Origin: a virus
Strand: one strand, 5' to 3'
DNA length: 64,000 bases
Virus record (IMG/VR): IMGVR_UViG_3300032893_000735
Coordinates: 41,826 to 105,825 of that record
Part shown: one piece after another, positions 44,260-54,081 of the stretch
How the letters are laid out: each line of letters begins with the position of its first letter
How positions within the stretch are numbered: the stretch's first letter is position 1
Made by a program: the position numbers and the translations under genes
Notes under the pieces: model-generated
What the model was told of the DNA's origin: nothing
Seen by the model: the letters and a program-made list of their open reading frames with translations, nothing else
The model's database searches: none

Positions 44260-45519
44260 GTGGATAATGTTTTTCGACGGAAAGGAGGATATGTGCCAAA
44301 AAGAGTAGTAGATGGGGAGGGGATATGGGGGTCCGACAAGATCCTCCGGCTAAGTACGGAATTCCAGCCTGAATACGCCAACCTTCTTCCGCTCGCGGAA
44401 GCTAACGGAGTTTTCGAAGTTAACCCGCATAAAGTGTGGTCAAGGGTCTATGCCTACAACAGACGGAACGTAACTGTCGAGTGGGTCCAAGAACTTCTCA
44501 ACGAACTCGTGGAGGTCGGTCTTCTCTTGATATGGGAGGACAACGGCAAAGTGTGGGGATTCTGGGACGGGAACGAAAAGGCCGGACGGTTGCCGAAAGA
44601 GTCAGAGCAAAAGAAGTATAAAAACCTCCCACCGAACCCTCCCAAAAATCTCAGCGAAGTCTCAGCGGAGACTCAGCGGAGACTCAGCGGATTCTCAGCG
44701 GAGCTTCCGCTGAATCTCCCCCCTAGGTTTGGTATGGTTAGTAATGTAATGGTTAGTATAGGAACGGACCCTGCGGGGCTCGGTTCTAATTTTTCAAATC
44801 CAGAAAACGGACAAGACTGCGAGGAAGATGTGAACCTGAAGAGATTCAAAGACGAGATGGCAACCATCGGAGTAAACCACGGATTTAAGGTGAAGGCATA
44901 TGACGACGCTTGGGCGGAGTTGAAGACTCTAACCACTGCCCACGGATCTCAGGCGGTCCTGAACGACTTCGACGAGTTCCTGTCCGAGAGTGAAGGTGAA
45001 GAATTCCCGAAGGGAGTTTTGCAGAAGTACCAGTACATCGCCGCCGACCGGCTTTTGGGGAACTCGCCCACGTCGGCAAAGGCGGAAATCAAGTCTCCCG
45101 CCGTGACTGACCTCTGCCGAGAACTCACCTACATGTCCGATGGGGTAATTTCCTTCATCGACAAGCAGAAGATCAAGCTGGCTGAGTTGCTGAAGGACTG
45201 GACGGTAGACGAAATCAAGGCCGTGTTCCGCGAGTGGCTGGACGCCCAAGACGTGAATGACGCCAAGAATGTCCAGTACCTCCCTGGCAAGTTCGTACAG
45301 ATTGCCGACTCCAAGTGCTATTCTTTGCGTAGGAGCCGTCAGGAGAAGGCTGCCGAGGCCGAGGCTAGGGCAGCTAAGGTCAAAGAGCTACAAGAGGCCG
45401 CAGAACGCGATCTAGAGGCATCCAGGAAGAAGAGGGAAGAGGAAGAACAGGTTCTGGACCCACTTGGGCTGTTCTCAGACGAAAATAATTCTACCAGTGT
45501 CGCGGAAGGTGTGGTATAA
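44260..45519 (+). CDS. Putative replication initiator (lambda-O-like architecture)
   Basis: Winged-helix-like N-terminal domain; linker carrying five 11-bp direct repeats. Confidence 0.65.
   Translation: MDNVFRRKGGYVPKRVVDGEGIWGSDKILRLSTEFQPEYANLLPLAEANGVFEVNPHKVWSRVYAYNRRNVTVEWVQELLNELVEVGLLLIWEDNGKVWGFWDGNEKAGRLPKESEQKKYKNLPPNPPKNLSEVSAETQRRLSGFSAELPLNLPPRFGMVSNVMVSIGTDPAGLGSNFSNPENGQDCEEDVNLKRFKDEMATIGVNHGFKVKAYDDAWAELKTLTTAHGSQAVLNDFDEFLSESEGEEFPKGVLQKYQYIAADRLLGNSPTSAKAEIKSPAVTDLCRELTYMSDGVISFIDKQKIKLAELLKDWTVDEIKAVFREWLDAQDVNDAKNVQYLPGKFVQIADSKCYSLRRSRQEKAAEAEARAAKVKELQEAAERDLEASRKKREEEEQVLDPLGLFSDENNSTSVAEGVV
44650..44704 (+). repeat. Five 11-bp iteron-like direct repeats (CTCAGCGGAGA); candidate origin
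   Basis: CTCAGCG at 44650, 44661, 44672, 44683, 44694, followed by two ATGGTTAGTA repeats. Confidence 0.8.
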
Positions 45520-45527
45520 TCCAGAAA

Positions 45528-47372
45528 ATGGACAAAGCACTTACAGTTGGGTCGCTATTCGCGGGTATAGGCGGCTTCGACCTTGGATTTGAGAGAGCGG
45601 GATTTGAGGTAAATTGGTGCGTCGAGATCGATCCGTTCTGCCGAAAGGTCTTAGCCAAGCATTTTCCGAACGCCAAACGGTATGAAGACGTTAGGGAAGT
45701 TGGAAAACACAATTTGGAACCAGTGGACGTGATTTGTGCTGGGTTCCCTTGCTTTCCGTCAGGGAGCCTAGTTCTTTCTTCTAAGGGGTATCAACCTATT
45801 GAAAACATACGGGTAGGCGATCTTGTGCTTACCCATAAAGGTAGGTGGAGAAAGGTCACAGGAACCGGTGGTAGAAATAATGCGCCACTTGTTACTCTTA
45901 AAGGACAAGGACATTGCGGATTAGAGGCTACTCCCGACCATCCATTTTGGAGCAGAAAAACTAAAGGATATTATCCTTCTGTCAACGGTAAAAGGAAGAA
46001 TTTACGTGTATTTGACGGAGAAGCCTCGTGGACTGATGCGAAGGATATGTCGGGTTTGAGATGGGCTTGTCCTACGTCGGTGGAACCTCTTCCCGTTCCT
46101 GTTATAGAGCCTCTGAACAACCGTTGCAAGACTCCCCCGGTTCAGGATGAAAAATTTTGGTGGATTGTCGGGCGGTGGTTAGGAGATGGTTGGTGTCAGC
46201 AGACTCAGAGGCCGGATCGCCCTGAAGGGGAATTGTGGGGTAAATTTGTAATATGCTGCGACCATGTTGAAGCTGATGAGTTGGAGTTGAAAATATCAGA
46301 AGTATTTGGTATTTCTCCTAGAAAAGAAGTATGCCGAACTGCTACCAAATTTTACATAGGAGATAAGTCAACTTGTACGTGGTTTGAATCTAACTTCGGA
46401 AAAGGAGCCTCCGAAAAAACATTACCGGCTTGGGTGTACGGGATGCCTGAAAGATTTCGAACTGCCCTTCTTGAAGGTTACAAGAGTGCCGATGGGTCTA
46501 CAAATAAGCCTGGAAATCATCGTTTTACGACGGTAAGCAAGTCTCTTGCAACCTCGATTCGTTTATTATCTGAAACTTTGGGTTTTAGTAGTTCTTTGCA
46601 CCACTATGAAATTCCCCCGACGACGGTTATTGAGGGGCGAGTTGTAAACCAAAAACCTCAGTATCAAGTAGTTATGAATCAAAATCCTCGTAGCAACGGG
46701 ATGCGAGATGAAAAACATAACTGGTATAAGGTACGAAGTTCTAAATCCTGTGGAAAATTTACTGATGTATTTAATATTGAGGTAGAAGAAGACAATACCT
46801 ACGTGGTAGAAAACATAGTAGTACACAACTGTCAAGATATTTCCGTAGCTGGAAAAGGTGTTGGAATTTCAGGAGAACGAAGTGGACTCTTCTTTGAAGC
46901 GGCAAGGATCATTAGCGAGATACGACCGCGATACGCAGTCTTGGAAAATGTACACGCCCTCCTTGTTCGGGGAATGGACCGAGTTCTCGGGACGCTTTCC
47001 GAAATCGGGTATGATGCGGAGTGGCATACTATTCGAGCTTCGGAATTCGGGTTGCCGCAAGAGAGAGAGAGAATCTGGATTGTTGCCTACCCTTCCGAAG
47101 AGCGAAACGAGAGATTCTTCGAAAGCCTCTATTCTAGCGAAGTTGGACAGAGGTGGTCGGGTGGCGAGACGGATTTGCAGTCGATCATCGATCTTGCGCT
47201 CGTCGGATCAAATAGTTTCCCTAAACCCTTGCTTTGCGGAGTGGATGACCGGCCTACCGGTTGGGTGGACAGAGTTGGATCTTGTGGAAACGCAGTAGTA
47301 CCGCAGATTCCAGAGTGGATAGCAAAACGGATACTTGAAGTTGAAGGCGTCCAGAAAATGGACAGGAGCTAA
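45528..47372 (+). CDS. dcm: C5 cytosine DNA methyltransferase with intein
   Basis: FAGIGG, GFP|CQD split by the intein, ENV, QERER, GNAVVP. Confidence 0.93.
   Translation: MDKALTVGSLFAGIGGFDLGFERAGFEVNWCVEIDPFCRKVLAKHFPNAKRYEDVREVGKHNLEPVDVICAGFPCFPSGSLVLSSKGYQPIENIRVGDLVLTHKGRWRKVTGTGGRNNAPLVTLKGQGHCGLEATPDHPFWSRKTKGYYPSVNGKRKNLRVFDGEASWTDAKDMSGLRWACPTSVEPLPVPVIEPLNNRCKTPPVQDEKFWWIVGRWLGDGWCQQTQRPDRPEGELWGKFVICCDHVEADELELKISEVFGISPRKEVCRTATKFYIGDKSTCTWFESNFGKGASEKTLPAWVYGMPERFRTALLEGYKSADGSTNKPGNHRFTTVSKSLATSIRLLSETLGFSSSLHHYEIPPTTVIEGRVVNQKPQYQVVMNQNPRSNGMRDEKHNWYKVRSSKSCGKFTDVFNIEVEEDNTYVVENIVVHNCQDISVAGKGVGISGERSGLFFEAARIISEIRPRYAVLENVHALLVRGMDRVLGTLSEIGYDAEWHTIRASEFGLPQERERIWIVAYPSEERNERFFESLYSSEVGQRWSGGETDLQSIIDLALVGSNSFPKPLLCGVDDRPTGWVDRVGSCGNAVVPQIPEWIAKRILEVEGVQKMDRS
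45750..46829 (+). mobile_element. Intein with LAGLIDADG endonuclease (360 aa)
   Basis: CFPSG...TPDHPF...VVHN|C; GRWLGDG and EGYKSADG motifs; lower GC than flanks. Confidence 0.93.
46858..47298 (+). CDS. Nested out-of-frame methyltransferase small (beta) subunit carrying motif IX
   Basis: LLPT...LNPCFAEWMTGLPVGWT in the +1 frame; the main frame lacks a recognisable motif IX. Confidence 0.7.
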   Translation: MLEFQENEVDSSLKRQGSLARYDRDTQSWKMYTPSLFGEWTEFSGRFPKSGMMRSGILFELRNSGCRKRERESGLLPTLPKSETRDSSKASILAKLDRGGRVARRICSRSSILRSSDQIVSLNPCFAEWMTGLPVGWTELDLVETQ

Positions 47373-47373
47373 A

Positions 47374-47814
47374 ATGGAAACTTCCACAAAATGGGATCTA
47401 CGATTTTTGAATCTAGCCAAAGAGGTTGCCTCATGGAGTAAAGATCCTCCGACTCAGGTGGGTGCGATTATCACCAGAGGAAAGAAGGTAGTCTCTTTGG
47501 GTTTCAACGGGTTTCCTTCTGGGATTGTGGATGATTCTAGGTTGGATGACCGGCCGACGCGACTCGGAATGACGATCCACGCTGAGCCCAACGCAATTCT
47601 CCAAGCCAAACAAGACCTGTCTGGATGTACGATTTACGTTTGGCCGTTTATGCCGTGTTCCGACTGCGCTCTTTTGGTGGTACAATCTGGAATCAAGCGA
47701 GTTGTTGCCCCTAGATCCGACAATCCGAGGTGGGCAGACAGCTTCACGCTGTCCGAAGAAATTTTCAACGAAGCAGGTGTATTTGTCCAGAAAATGGACA
47801 AGGAGATTTTATGA
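47374..47814 (+). CDS. dcd: dCMP deaminase
   Basis: SKDP.TQVGA, GFNGFP, HAE.NA, PCSDC. Confidence 0.9.
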   Translation: METSTKWDLRFLNLAKEVASWSKDPPTQVGAIITRGKKVVSLGFNGFPSGIVDDSRLDDRPTRLGMTIHAEPNAILQAKQDLSGCTIYVWPFMPCSDCALLVVQSGIKRVVAPRSDNPRWADSFTLSEEIFNEAGVFVQKMDKEIL

Positions 47815-48797
47815 AACACATTCCGTTTCCAGATATTCAGCAATTCCGAAACACCGTCAAGACCGTCCGAGAACGGGCGGAGTACAGTGGGGTTCCGCTC
47901 CCTACTCTGACATTTGTTGGGTCTGTTGAACTGCACGGAACAAACGCTTCTGTTGTCTTTCCAGAAAATGGACAGATTGTCGTGCAGAGTCGGACACGAA
48001 TCATTACCCCAGAGCACGATAACGCTGGGTTCGCTAAATGGGTTACAGAGAACGAGGAATGGTTCGTTACTCTTCGTCGTGTTTTGCGGGAAGAATTCAA
48101 ACTAGCAAACGGATTCGTTGTCTACGGAGAATGGTGCGGCCAAGGAATCCAGAAGGGTGTGGCTATTTCTCAGGTCTCCAAGAGATTTGTAGTATTTTCA
48201 ATCGCAGTTCTCAAAGGGGAAGATCGTGAATGGGTCCATCCTCTCTGCGTCAGGTCTTTGGTGTCCCCCATGTTTTACTGCATTTACGACTACCCGACTT
48301 GGACTTTGGATATTGATTTTAACAAGCCCGAAGAATCTCAAAACCGTCTGGTAGAATTGACTCAGGCGGTTGAGAATGAATGCCCAGTAGGGAAATCGTT
48401 TGGAGTTTCTGGAGTCGGTGAGGAGATTGTTTGGTGGCCGCTTCCCGCCCTTGACTTCAATACCAGAGATTTGGCTTTCAAGGTAAAAGGAGAAAAGCAC
48501 TCCGAGTCGAAAGTTAAGACTCTGGCGGCGGTTGATGTAGAAAAACTCAACTCCTTGAACGAACTTGTTGATACTATCTTGACAGAGCACCGTCTAGAAA
48601 AGAAAATCGAATCTCTTCTTGAGCAAGGAGGAAGTCTAGACATCAAGCAAACTGGCGCTTTTCTGAAGTTAGTCGGCCAGGATGTCTACAAGGAAGAAGC
48701 GGATACCATTTCCGAGGCAGGCTTCAAGGATAGCGAAGTCATGGGCGCGGTACAAAAGAAAGCAAAGAAATTCTGGATGGAAAAATTGTCCAGATAG
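47811..48797 (+). CDS. Rnl2-like RNA ligase (motif I Lys appears as Glu)
   Basis: ELHGTN, QSR, YGEWCG.GIQK, GEEIVW, FKVKGEKHS. Confidence 0.8.
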   Translation: MKHIPFPDIQQFRNTVKTVRERAEYSGVPLPTLTFVGSVELHGTNASVVFPENGQIVVQSRTRIITPEHDNAGFAKWVTENEEWFVTLRRVLREEFKLANGFVVYGEWCGQGIQKGVAISQVSKRFVVFSIAVLKGEDREWVHPLCVRSLVSPMFYCIYDYPTWTLDIDFNKPEESQNRLVELTQAVENECPVGKSFGVSGVGEEIVWWPLPALDFNTRDLAFKVKGEKHSESKVKTLAAVDVEKLNSLNELVDTILTEHRLEKKIESLLEQGGSLDIKQTGAFLKLVGQDVYKEEADTISEAGFKDSEVMGAVQKKAKKFWMEKLSR

Positions 48798-49418
48798 TGG
48801 ACAAGGAGGAACAATGAAATACCAGAACGTGAAGAATGCTATGGAAGAAGCCGAGCGGTTTATCCGGAAATCGGACGCCCTGCTCAAACTGACGGACGAA
48901 GCTGTGGGGAACGATCACCTTGACGGCGACTACGTTGTTCAAGGGCACGCATCGGCCTCTGTCCGCCGGTCGTCCTTGGAGCTTTCCCATCTTTTGTCTC
49001 AGATGCGCAAGTCAGATTGGGAGGAGTAATGAGGACTACCACGCGGCAAGACACAGAACTTACGGATCAGATTCTAGATTGGGTGGTTTCGTCGGTAGAT
49101 ATGGAAGACCTTTACGGTAGAGAATCCATTCTGGAATATGCTTCCGAAAATTTCGAATTGGAGGACTTATTTACCGAGAAGGAACTTTCCAGTTGGGCTT
49201 ATGACAACGGATTTAAGAAGTTTGAATAGGAGGTACGGTGGAAACTCCTGAGCAATATGCAATGCAGATCCTAGACCGCCTTGGATTTTTGTTCGGGCAC
49301 GACTACGTTCCTGGAAACGCAATCGACAAGGCGGTTAAATTCACTATCGAAGTCTTTGAAGATAAAGATTTCGAGGATCTTAACGGGTATAACCAAAGTG
49401 ATTCGGGGTGGACATAAC

Positions 49419-51290
49419 GTGGAAGATTTGGATGCGTTGAAGAGTAATCCAGGGGTAATCAGGGTATACTCACGATACGTAAAGTTGAAGAAGGCGGGGA
49501 ACAAATACGTAGGATGCTGCCCGCTTCCTGAGCACAATGACGGCAGTCCGAGTTTCACAGTGTTCCCAGACATGCGGGCTAGTTGCTTCGGGTGCGGGGC
49601 TAATCTGAACGTATTCCAACTTGTCCAGAAAATGGACGGATGCGATTTTAAGACTGCGGTAGAAAAGGTGAAGGAAGAAGTGGGCGAGACGAGCTGGGAA
49701 TCCGCGAAGCAGAAGGTAGAAAGCACGTTTAAGGCCGTCGCGGAGCCGAAGACCTACAAGACCATCTCCTTAGAGCAGTGGAAGAAGATGGAGGATAATC
49801 TCGCGCAATCAAAATCCGCCCAAGACTTTCTCCTGAACGAGCGCGGGATTACATTTGAAACCGCCCAGAGGTTGCGACTTGGGTTTGTCCAGAATCTAGG
49901 AGCTTTGGCGGGGGCAGATGGGGCAGACATTGCTAACCAAGGCTGGATTGCTCTTCCTTCGATTGAGGACGGCAAAGTCGTGTCCGTGAAATACAGGTCC
50001 ATTATTCGGAAAAAGCCGGGAGGGTTTAGCCGCCAACCCGGTATGGCTACGGCTTTGTTCAACGCGGAAACCATTGATCCGTTTGAACCAGTAATGGTGG
50101 TGGAGGGGGAGTTCGATTCGTGCGCGCTAGAACAAGCAGGATTCAAAGCTGTTTCTGTCCCAAATGCAGGGGCGAAATTAACCCCGGAGCAGAAGGACAA
50201 GCTGATGCAAGCATCGATGGTGATCCTGGCTGGGGATACCGACGCTGCTGGCGTGACTTCGATGGACCGGCTCTGGAAGGAACTCGGAGAACGGGTTTAC
50301 AAACTGACGTGGCCGGAGGGGATGAAGGACGCGAACCAGACGCTTCTTGAGAACTGCGGTCGGGACGTTTCAAAATTCAAGAATCTTGTAGATGAGTTGA
50401 CTAGAAAGGCGAAAAGCCAGCCTATGCCCTCCGTTTATTCACTGCAAGAAGCCATGATGAATGGGGAAGAGGGAACGCTGTCCGAGAGGACGGATCGTCT
50501 TCGGATGCCGTGGTCTTGCCTTGATGACTCTTTGATTATTCTACCGGGGCATGTCTTCGGGTTCGGCAGCTCCAATACTGGCATGGGCAAGACACTTTGG
50601 ACAGTTCAGGTTAGCTTGTATAACGCTCGTAAGTTCGGGAGAACCGTGCTGAATTTTCAAGCTGAGATGGACCCGTCTGAGATCGGTGATTTGGTCGCCG
50701 CACAGATGCTCAGGGTTGACCGGAACACGTTGACTAAGTCGGACAGGGTTAAGGCGGCGCAAATCCTAGGGTCCGAAGGTGTTAATTACTATATTGGCCG
50801 GGATTCTAACCTTACGGAACTGAACGAGGTTCTTGACCTTTTGGAAGCAGCCATCAAGAGGCTGTCCCCCGAAATCGTGATCCTGGACCACTTCCATCAT
50901 TTTTCGGCTGGAACTTCGAACGAAGTGAACGCACAATCCGCTGCGATGACCAGAATCAAGGCGCTAGCAGACGCCTACAAGGTAATTTTTATCAACGTAG
51001 GACAACCCCGCAAAAGTAACCAGCAATCTCGTGGACGCAAAATTACAGTGGATGATTTTAAAGGCTCAGGCGCGTGGAAAGACGCCGCTAACTCTGTAAT
51101 GATTATCCACCGTGACCTAAACAAAGATGACGCTCCGACATCTAAGGGGCCTTACGAGGACCGTACTCTGGTCCAGGTTCTTAAGGGAAGATCGTTGGGT
51201 AGAGGATCATCCTCTGCCGTTCTTACTTGTTTCGGAGAGTTCGGCTGCTTCGAAGAAATTGATTCCGTCCACGAAGATCCTGAAGAATAA
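49419..51290 (+). CDS. Primase-helicase (CHC2 zinc finger, TOPRIM, DnaB-like)
   Basis: CPLPEHNDGSPSF..CFGC; VEGEFD; DTDAAG; KDAN; GMGKT; ILDHFH; KGSG. Confidence 0.9.
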   Translation: MEDLDALKSNPGVIRVYSRYVKLKKAGNKYVGCCPLPEHNDGSPSFTVFPDMRASCFGCGANLNVFQLVQKMDGCDFKTAVEKVKEEVGETSWESAKQKVESTFKAVAEPKTYKTISLEQWKKMEDNLAQSKSAQDFLLNERGITFETAQRLRLGFVQNLGALAGADGADIANQGWIALPSIEDGKVVSVKYRSIIRKKPGGFSRQPGMATALFNAETIDPFEPVMVVEGEFDSCALEQAGFKAVSVPNAGAKLTPEQKDKLMQASMVILAGDTDAAGVTSMDRLWKELGERVYKLTWPEGMKDANQTLLENCGRDVSKFKNLVDELTRKAKSQPMPSVYSLQEAMMNGEEGTLSERTDRLRMPWSCLDDSLIILPGHVFGFGSSNTGMGKTLWTVQVSLYNARKFGRTVLNFQAEMDPSEIGDLVAAQMLRVDRNTLTKSDRVKAAQILGSEGVNYYIGRDSNLTELNEVLDLLEAAIKRLSPEIVILDHFHHFSAGTSNEVNAQSAAMTRIKALADAYKVIFINVGQPRKSNQQSRGRKITVDDFKGSGAWKDAANSVMIIHRDLNKDDAPTSKGPYEDRTLVQVLKGRSLGRGSSSAVLTCFGEFGCFEEIDSVHEDPEE

Positions 51291-51292
51291 TG

Positions 51293-51321
51293 TTGCAGTT
51301 TAACCTTTGGTATGCTACACT
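51293..51321 (+). promoter_or_regulatory. Sigma70-type promoter
   Basis: TTGCAG-17-(TGc)TACACT. Confidence 0.55.
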
Positions 51322-51338
51322 CAAAAGAAAGAGGAGAA

Positions 51339-52109
51339 ATGAGAGAACTTAACCCGCATGACCTTCTTTGGGCGGTTCGATTGCTGCCTCAAAGGGTTCG
51401 AAATCAAATGATTACCTACGGCTCCCGTCTGGTTCTTGGCGGTGGATTCGTTAGGTCAACCGTATCTGGCGAGAAGCCGAATGACATTGACCTTTTTACC
51501 CAGACGCCCGAAGACGCGAATTTGTTTGCTTCAGAACTGGCGAAGGAGGCGAAGAAGGGAGATCCTTACAAAACAGGGAATGCATTATCCGTTAAGCTGT
51601 CGCCCCGGCACTTTGTTCAATATGTCCACCGTTGGTCTTTCCCGACACCAGCGCATCTGATCGAGTCTTTTGATTTCACGATTGCGTGTTCTGCGTTGTG
51701 GTTTGACACCGAGTCCAGAAAATGGACAAGTTTGATCGACGATGAGTTCTATTCGGATTTGGCCGCGAAAAGGCTAGTGTATCGTTCTCCGCTTCGTAAT
51801 GAGGACGCTGGCGGTTCGATGCTCCGTGTTCTCAAGTTCTACCAGCGTGGGTTCCGAATCCCGATTGATTCGCTCGGGGCCGTTATTGCCCGTCTAGTAG
51901 ATGGAGTAGACTTGAACGGAGTAGCAACGGAGAGCTATAAAGATGGTCGTGTACTTGGTGGTACAAACATAGGAGATACCACTGAGAAACGGTGGGCAAG
52001 TATCATCACCGGCCTGCTTCACGAAGTAGATCCACAGATCGACCCCGACCACCTATCTCATTTGCCGAGGTCGGTACAAGAAGTAAAAGACGAGGAGGAA
52101 GTTCAGTGA
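51339..52109 (+). CDS. Pol-beta superfamily nucleotidyltransferase
   Basis: GGGFVRS....DIDLF; SFDFT; RVLKFYQRGF. Confidence 0.75.
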   Translation: MRELNPHDLLWAVRLLPQRVRNQMITYGSRLVLGGGFVRSTVSGEKPNDIDLFTQTPEDANLFASELAKEAKKGDPYKTGNALSVKLSPRHFVQYVHRWSFPTPAHLIESFDFTIACSALWFDTESRKWTSLIDDEFYSDLAAKRLVYRSPLRNEDAGGSMLRVLKFYQRGFRIPIDSLGAVIARLVDGVDLNGVATESYKDGRVLGGTNIGDTTEKRWASIITGLLHEVDPQIDPDHLSHLPRSVQEVKDEEEVQ

Positions 52110-52253
52110 AGCCAGTAAGATGTCCCAACTGCGGTAAAGGCTGGGACCGATTCGGAGACGGTGATTGCGACTACTGCACCCGTAAAGAATTCCGTCCAGA
52201 AAATGGGCAGGATGACGACTTGACTATGTGGCCAGCTTGGCAACGGAGGACCG

Positions 52254-53324
52254 ATGAAAATCCTAGCAAGTGAACTCAAGAAGACTCTTAAGGTACTCTC
52301 TCCGATCAAAACGGAGACCTACCAGATCGGAGAGAACGGTATCTCCGCTCAGGACCAGTCAGAGGCTCTAGTTATCCTGGAATCTCCGTTGTCGCAACTT
52401 GGCGGTCCTTTCAACTTCTCCGGCAAGAAGTTCTCGCAGGTCGTCGCCCGAATGTCCGGGGAGATTGACTTGACGGTAGAAGGTAACAAGATGACCATCA
52501 GGTCCTCCAAGGCAAAGATCGAACTTGAGATCCAACAGATCAAGAAGCAGAACATCCCGGAGACTCCAGACAAGTTCATCAAGTTCTCAGAAGAGGAGTT
52601 TAAGACAGCGCTGGCTTTGTCCGCTTCGTTCGCCTCGACCAAGAAGAGCGAAGACTTCGGTGGGAAGGTTTTGATCCAGAGTCTTCCAATTGGAATTGAG
52701 GATGAACACCCGTCTGGGTATCGAATCGTAGGTACGGACAGCTTCGTCCTGACAGTAGCCAGTCGTGACCAGTCGGTTCCGTTTGAGTTCAAGTATTCGT
52801 TGAACCTTCTCGCTGCCTCGATTGTCCAGTTTCTGGACGGAGACATTGAGATCGGAGAAACGATTAGCCATCTGGTCCTGAAGGCGAAGGGTGCGACAGT
52901 TTACGCAGCCAAGTCAACCAAGGTCTATCCTCCGTTCGACCGGACTTTGGCAGCTACTAGCCCCGTAACTATCTCATTCCAGACTCATAAGTGGATGTCT
53001 TGCTTGAAGACGGTAGAACCCCTGATAGACGAATCGGTTGACGACGGAAATATCTGTTTACATTTCTTGGATGGTGTGGTACAATTCAAGACAATAGGAG
53101 TTGGATCAACGGCTTCGGACGAGACAGAGTATGAGCAGACTCTGCCCGATCCAGTTTTTGATCCGAAGGAATTTGAGATGCGGATTAAGGCTGAGCGACT
53201 GGCTAGTTTTCTTTCCAAGGCTGGGGAGTTCTCCACGTTGGGGGTAGCCTCTAGCAAGCAGCCATACCGATTTGAATCAGACGGGATTATTTCCATTATC
53301 CTGCCGCCAGCGGAGAAGCGATGA
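52254..53324 (+). CDS. Sliding clamp (DnaN/beta-like)
   Basis: 356 aa; VGTDSFVL and YPPF motifs; clamp loader in the same arm. Confidence 0.7.
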   Translation: MKILASELKKTLKVLSPIKTETYQIGENGISAQDQSEALVILESPLSQLGGPFNFSGKKFSQVVARMSGEIDLTVEGNKMTIRSSKAKIELEIQQIKKQNIPETPDKFIKFSEEEFKTALALSASFASTKKSEDFGGKVLIQSLPIGIEDEHPSGYRIVGTDSFVLTVASRDQSVPFEFKYSLNLLAASIVQFLDGDIEIGETISHLVLKAKGATVYAAKSTKVYPPFDRTLAATSPVTISFQTHKWMSCLKTVEPLIDESVDDGNICLHFLDGVVQFKTIGVGSTASDETEYEQTLPDPVFDPKEFEMRIKAERLASFLSKAGEFSTLGVASSKQPYRFESDGIISIILPPAEKR

Positions 53325-53656
53325 AAAAGACAATCATGACCTTGACTCTAATTTTGATGGTCGGAGTAGCCTTAACCGCGCAAACAAACACTCCCTGCGA
53401 CAAGTCGGAAGTGAAAAAACCGAAGAATATTGATCCTACCTGGACTGAGTTTCTTGTTGCGCACCAAGTTCCCAGTTGCCCAGACGGGTACACCCTGCAA
53501 AAACGAACTTGGAGTGGTGGATATTATTTCCCCAATGTAGACCACGGTACGGTTGGTTCTTCAGAAATAGGTCATTATATTTGGGGAGATGTAAAGGACA
53601 ACCCATACAGTGATCCAGAATATCGGTGCCATCTTGATTCGTCAAAAGGTAAGTAA
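53321..53656 (+). CDS. Secreted hypothetical protein
   Basis: Signal peptide MKKTIMTLTLILMVGVALTA. Confidence 0.65.
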   Translation: MKKTIMTLTLILMVGVALTAQTNTPCDKSEVKKPKNIDPTWTEFLVAHQVPSCPDGYTLQKRTWSGGYYFPNVDHGTVGSSEIGHYIWGDVKDNPYSDPEYRCHLDSSKGK

Positions 53657-53658
53657 AA

Positions 53659-54081
53659 ATGAAAAATCCATCTTATGTTTACTTATGTGGGGGGATCAAC
53701 GGTTTAAATGATTCCCAATGTAAAGATTGGCGACAAGTAGCCAAGTCTCTGCTGGTTATCCCAACTCTTGACCCTATGCGTAGGGACTACAGAGGTATTG
53801 AGGGTGGTAACGTCAACGAAATAGTACACGGGGATATTCGGGATCTAGAATCTTCTGAATTTGTTCTGGTGAATGCTACGAGACCAAGCTGGGGTACTGC
53901 TATGGAAGTTAGGGCGGCTTGGTCCGAGTACGGCCTCACAGTTGTTTCTTTCGTTGAGGACTCGAAGGTGTCTCCTTGGTTGGCTTATCATTCCAGCCGA
54001 ATAGTAAAAACAGTTGAAGAGGGGGCTGAGGTGATAAATAATCTCTATTCGGAGAGGGCGAAGTATGATAGTTTTTGTTGA
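53659..54081 (+). CDS. Nucleoside 2-deoxyribosyltransferase-like protein
   Basis: VYLCGGI...WR...D......LVN...SWGTAME. Confidence 0.75.
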   Translation: MKNPSYVYLCGGINGLNDSQCKDWRQVAKSLLVIPTLDPMRRDYRGIEGGNVNEIVHGDIRDLESSEFVLVNATRPSWGTAMEVRAAWSEYGLTVVSFVEDSKVSPWLAYHSSRIVKTVEEGAEVINNLYSERAKYDSFC

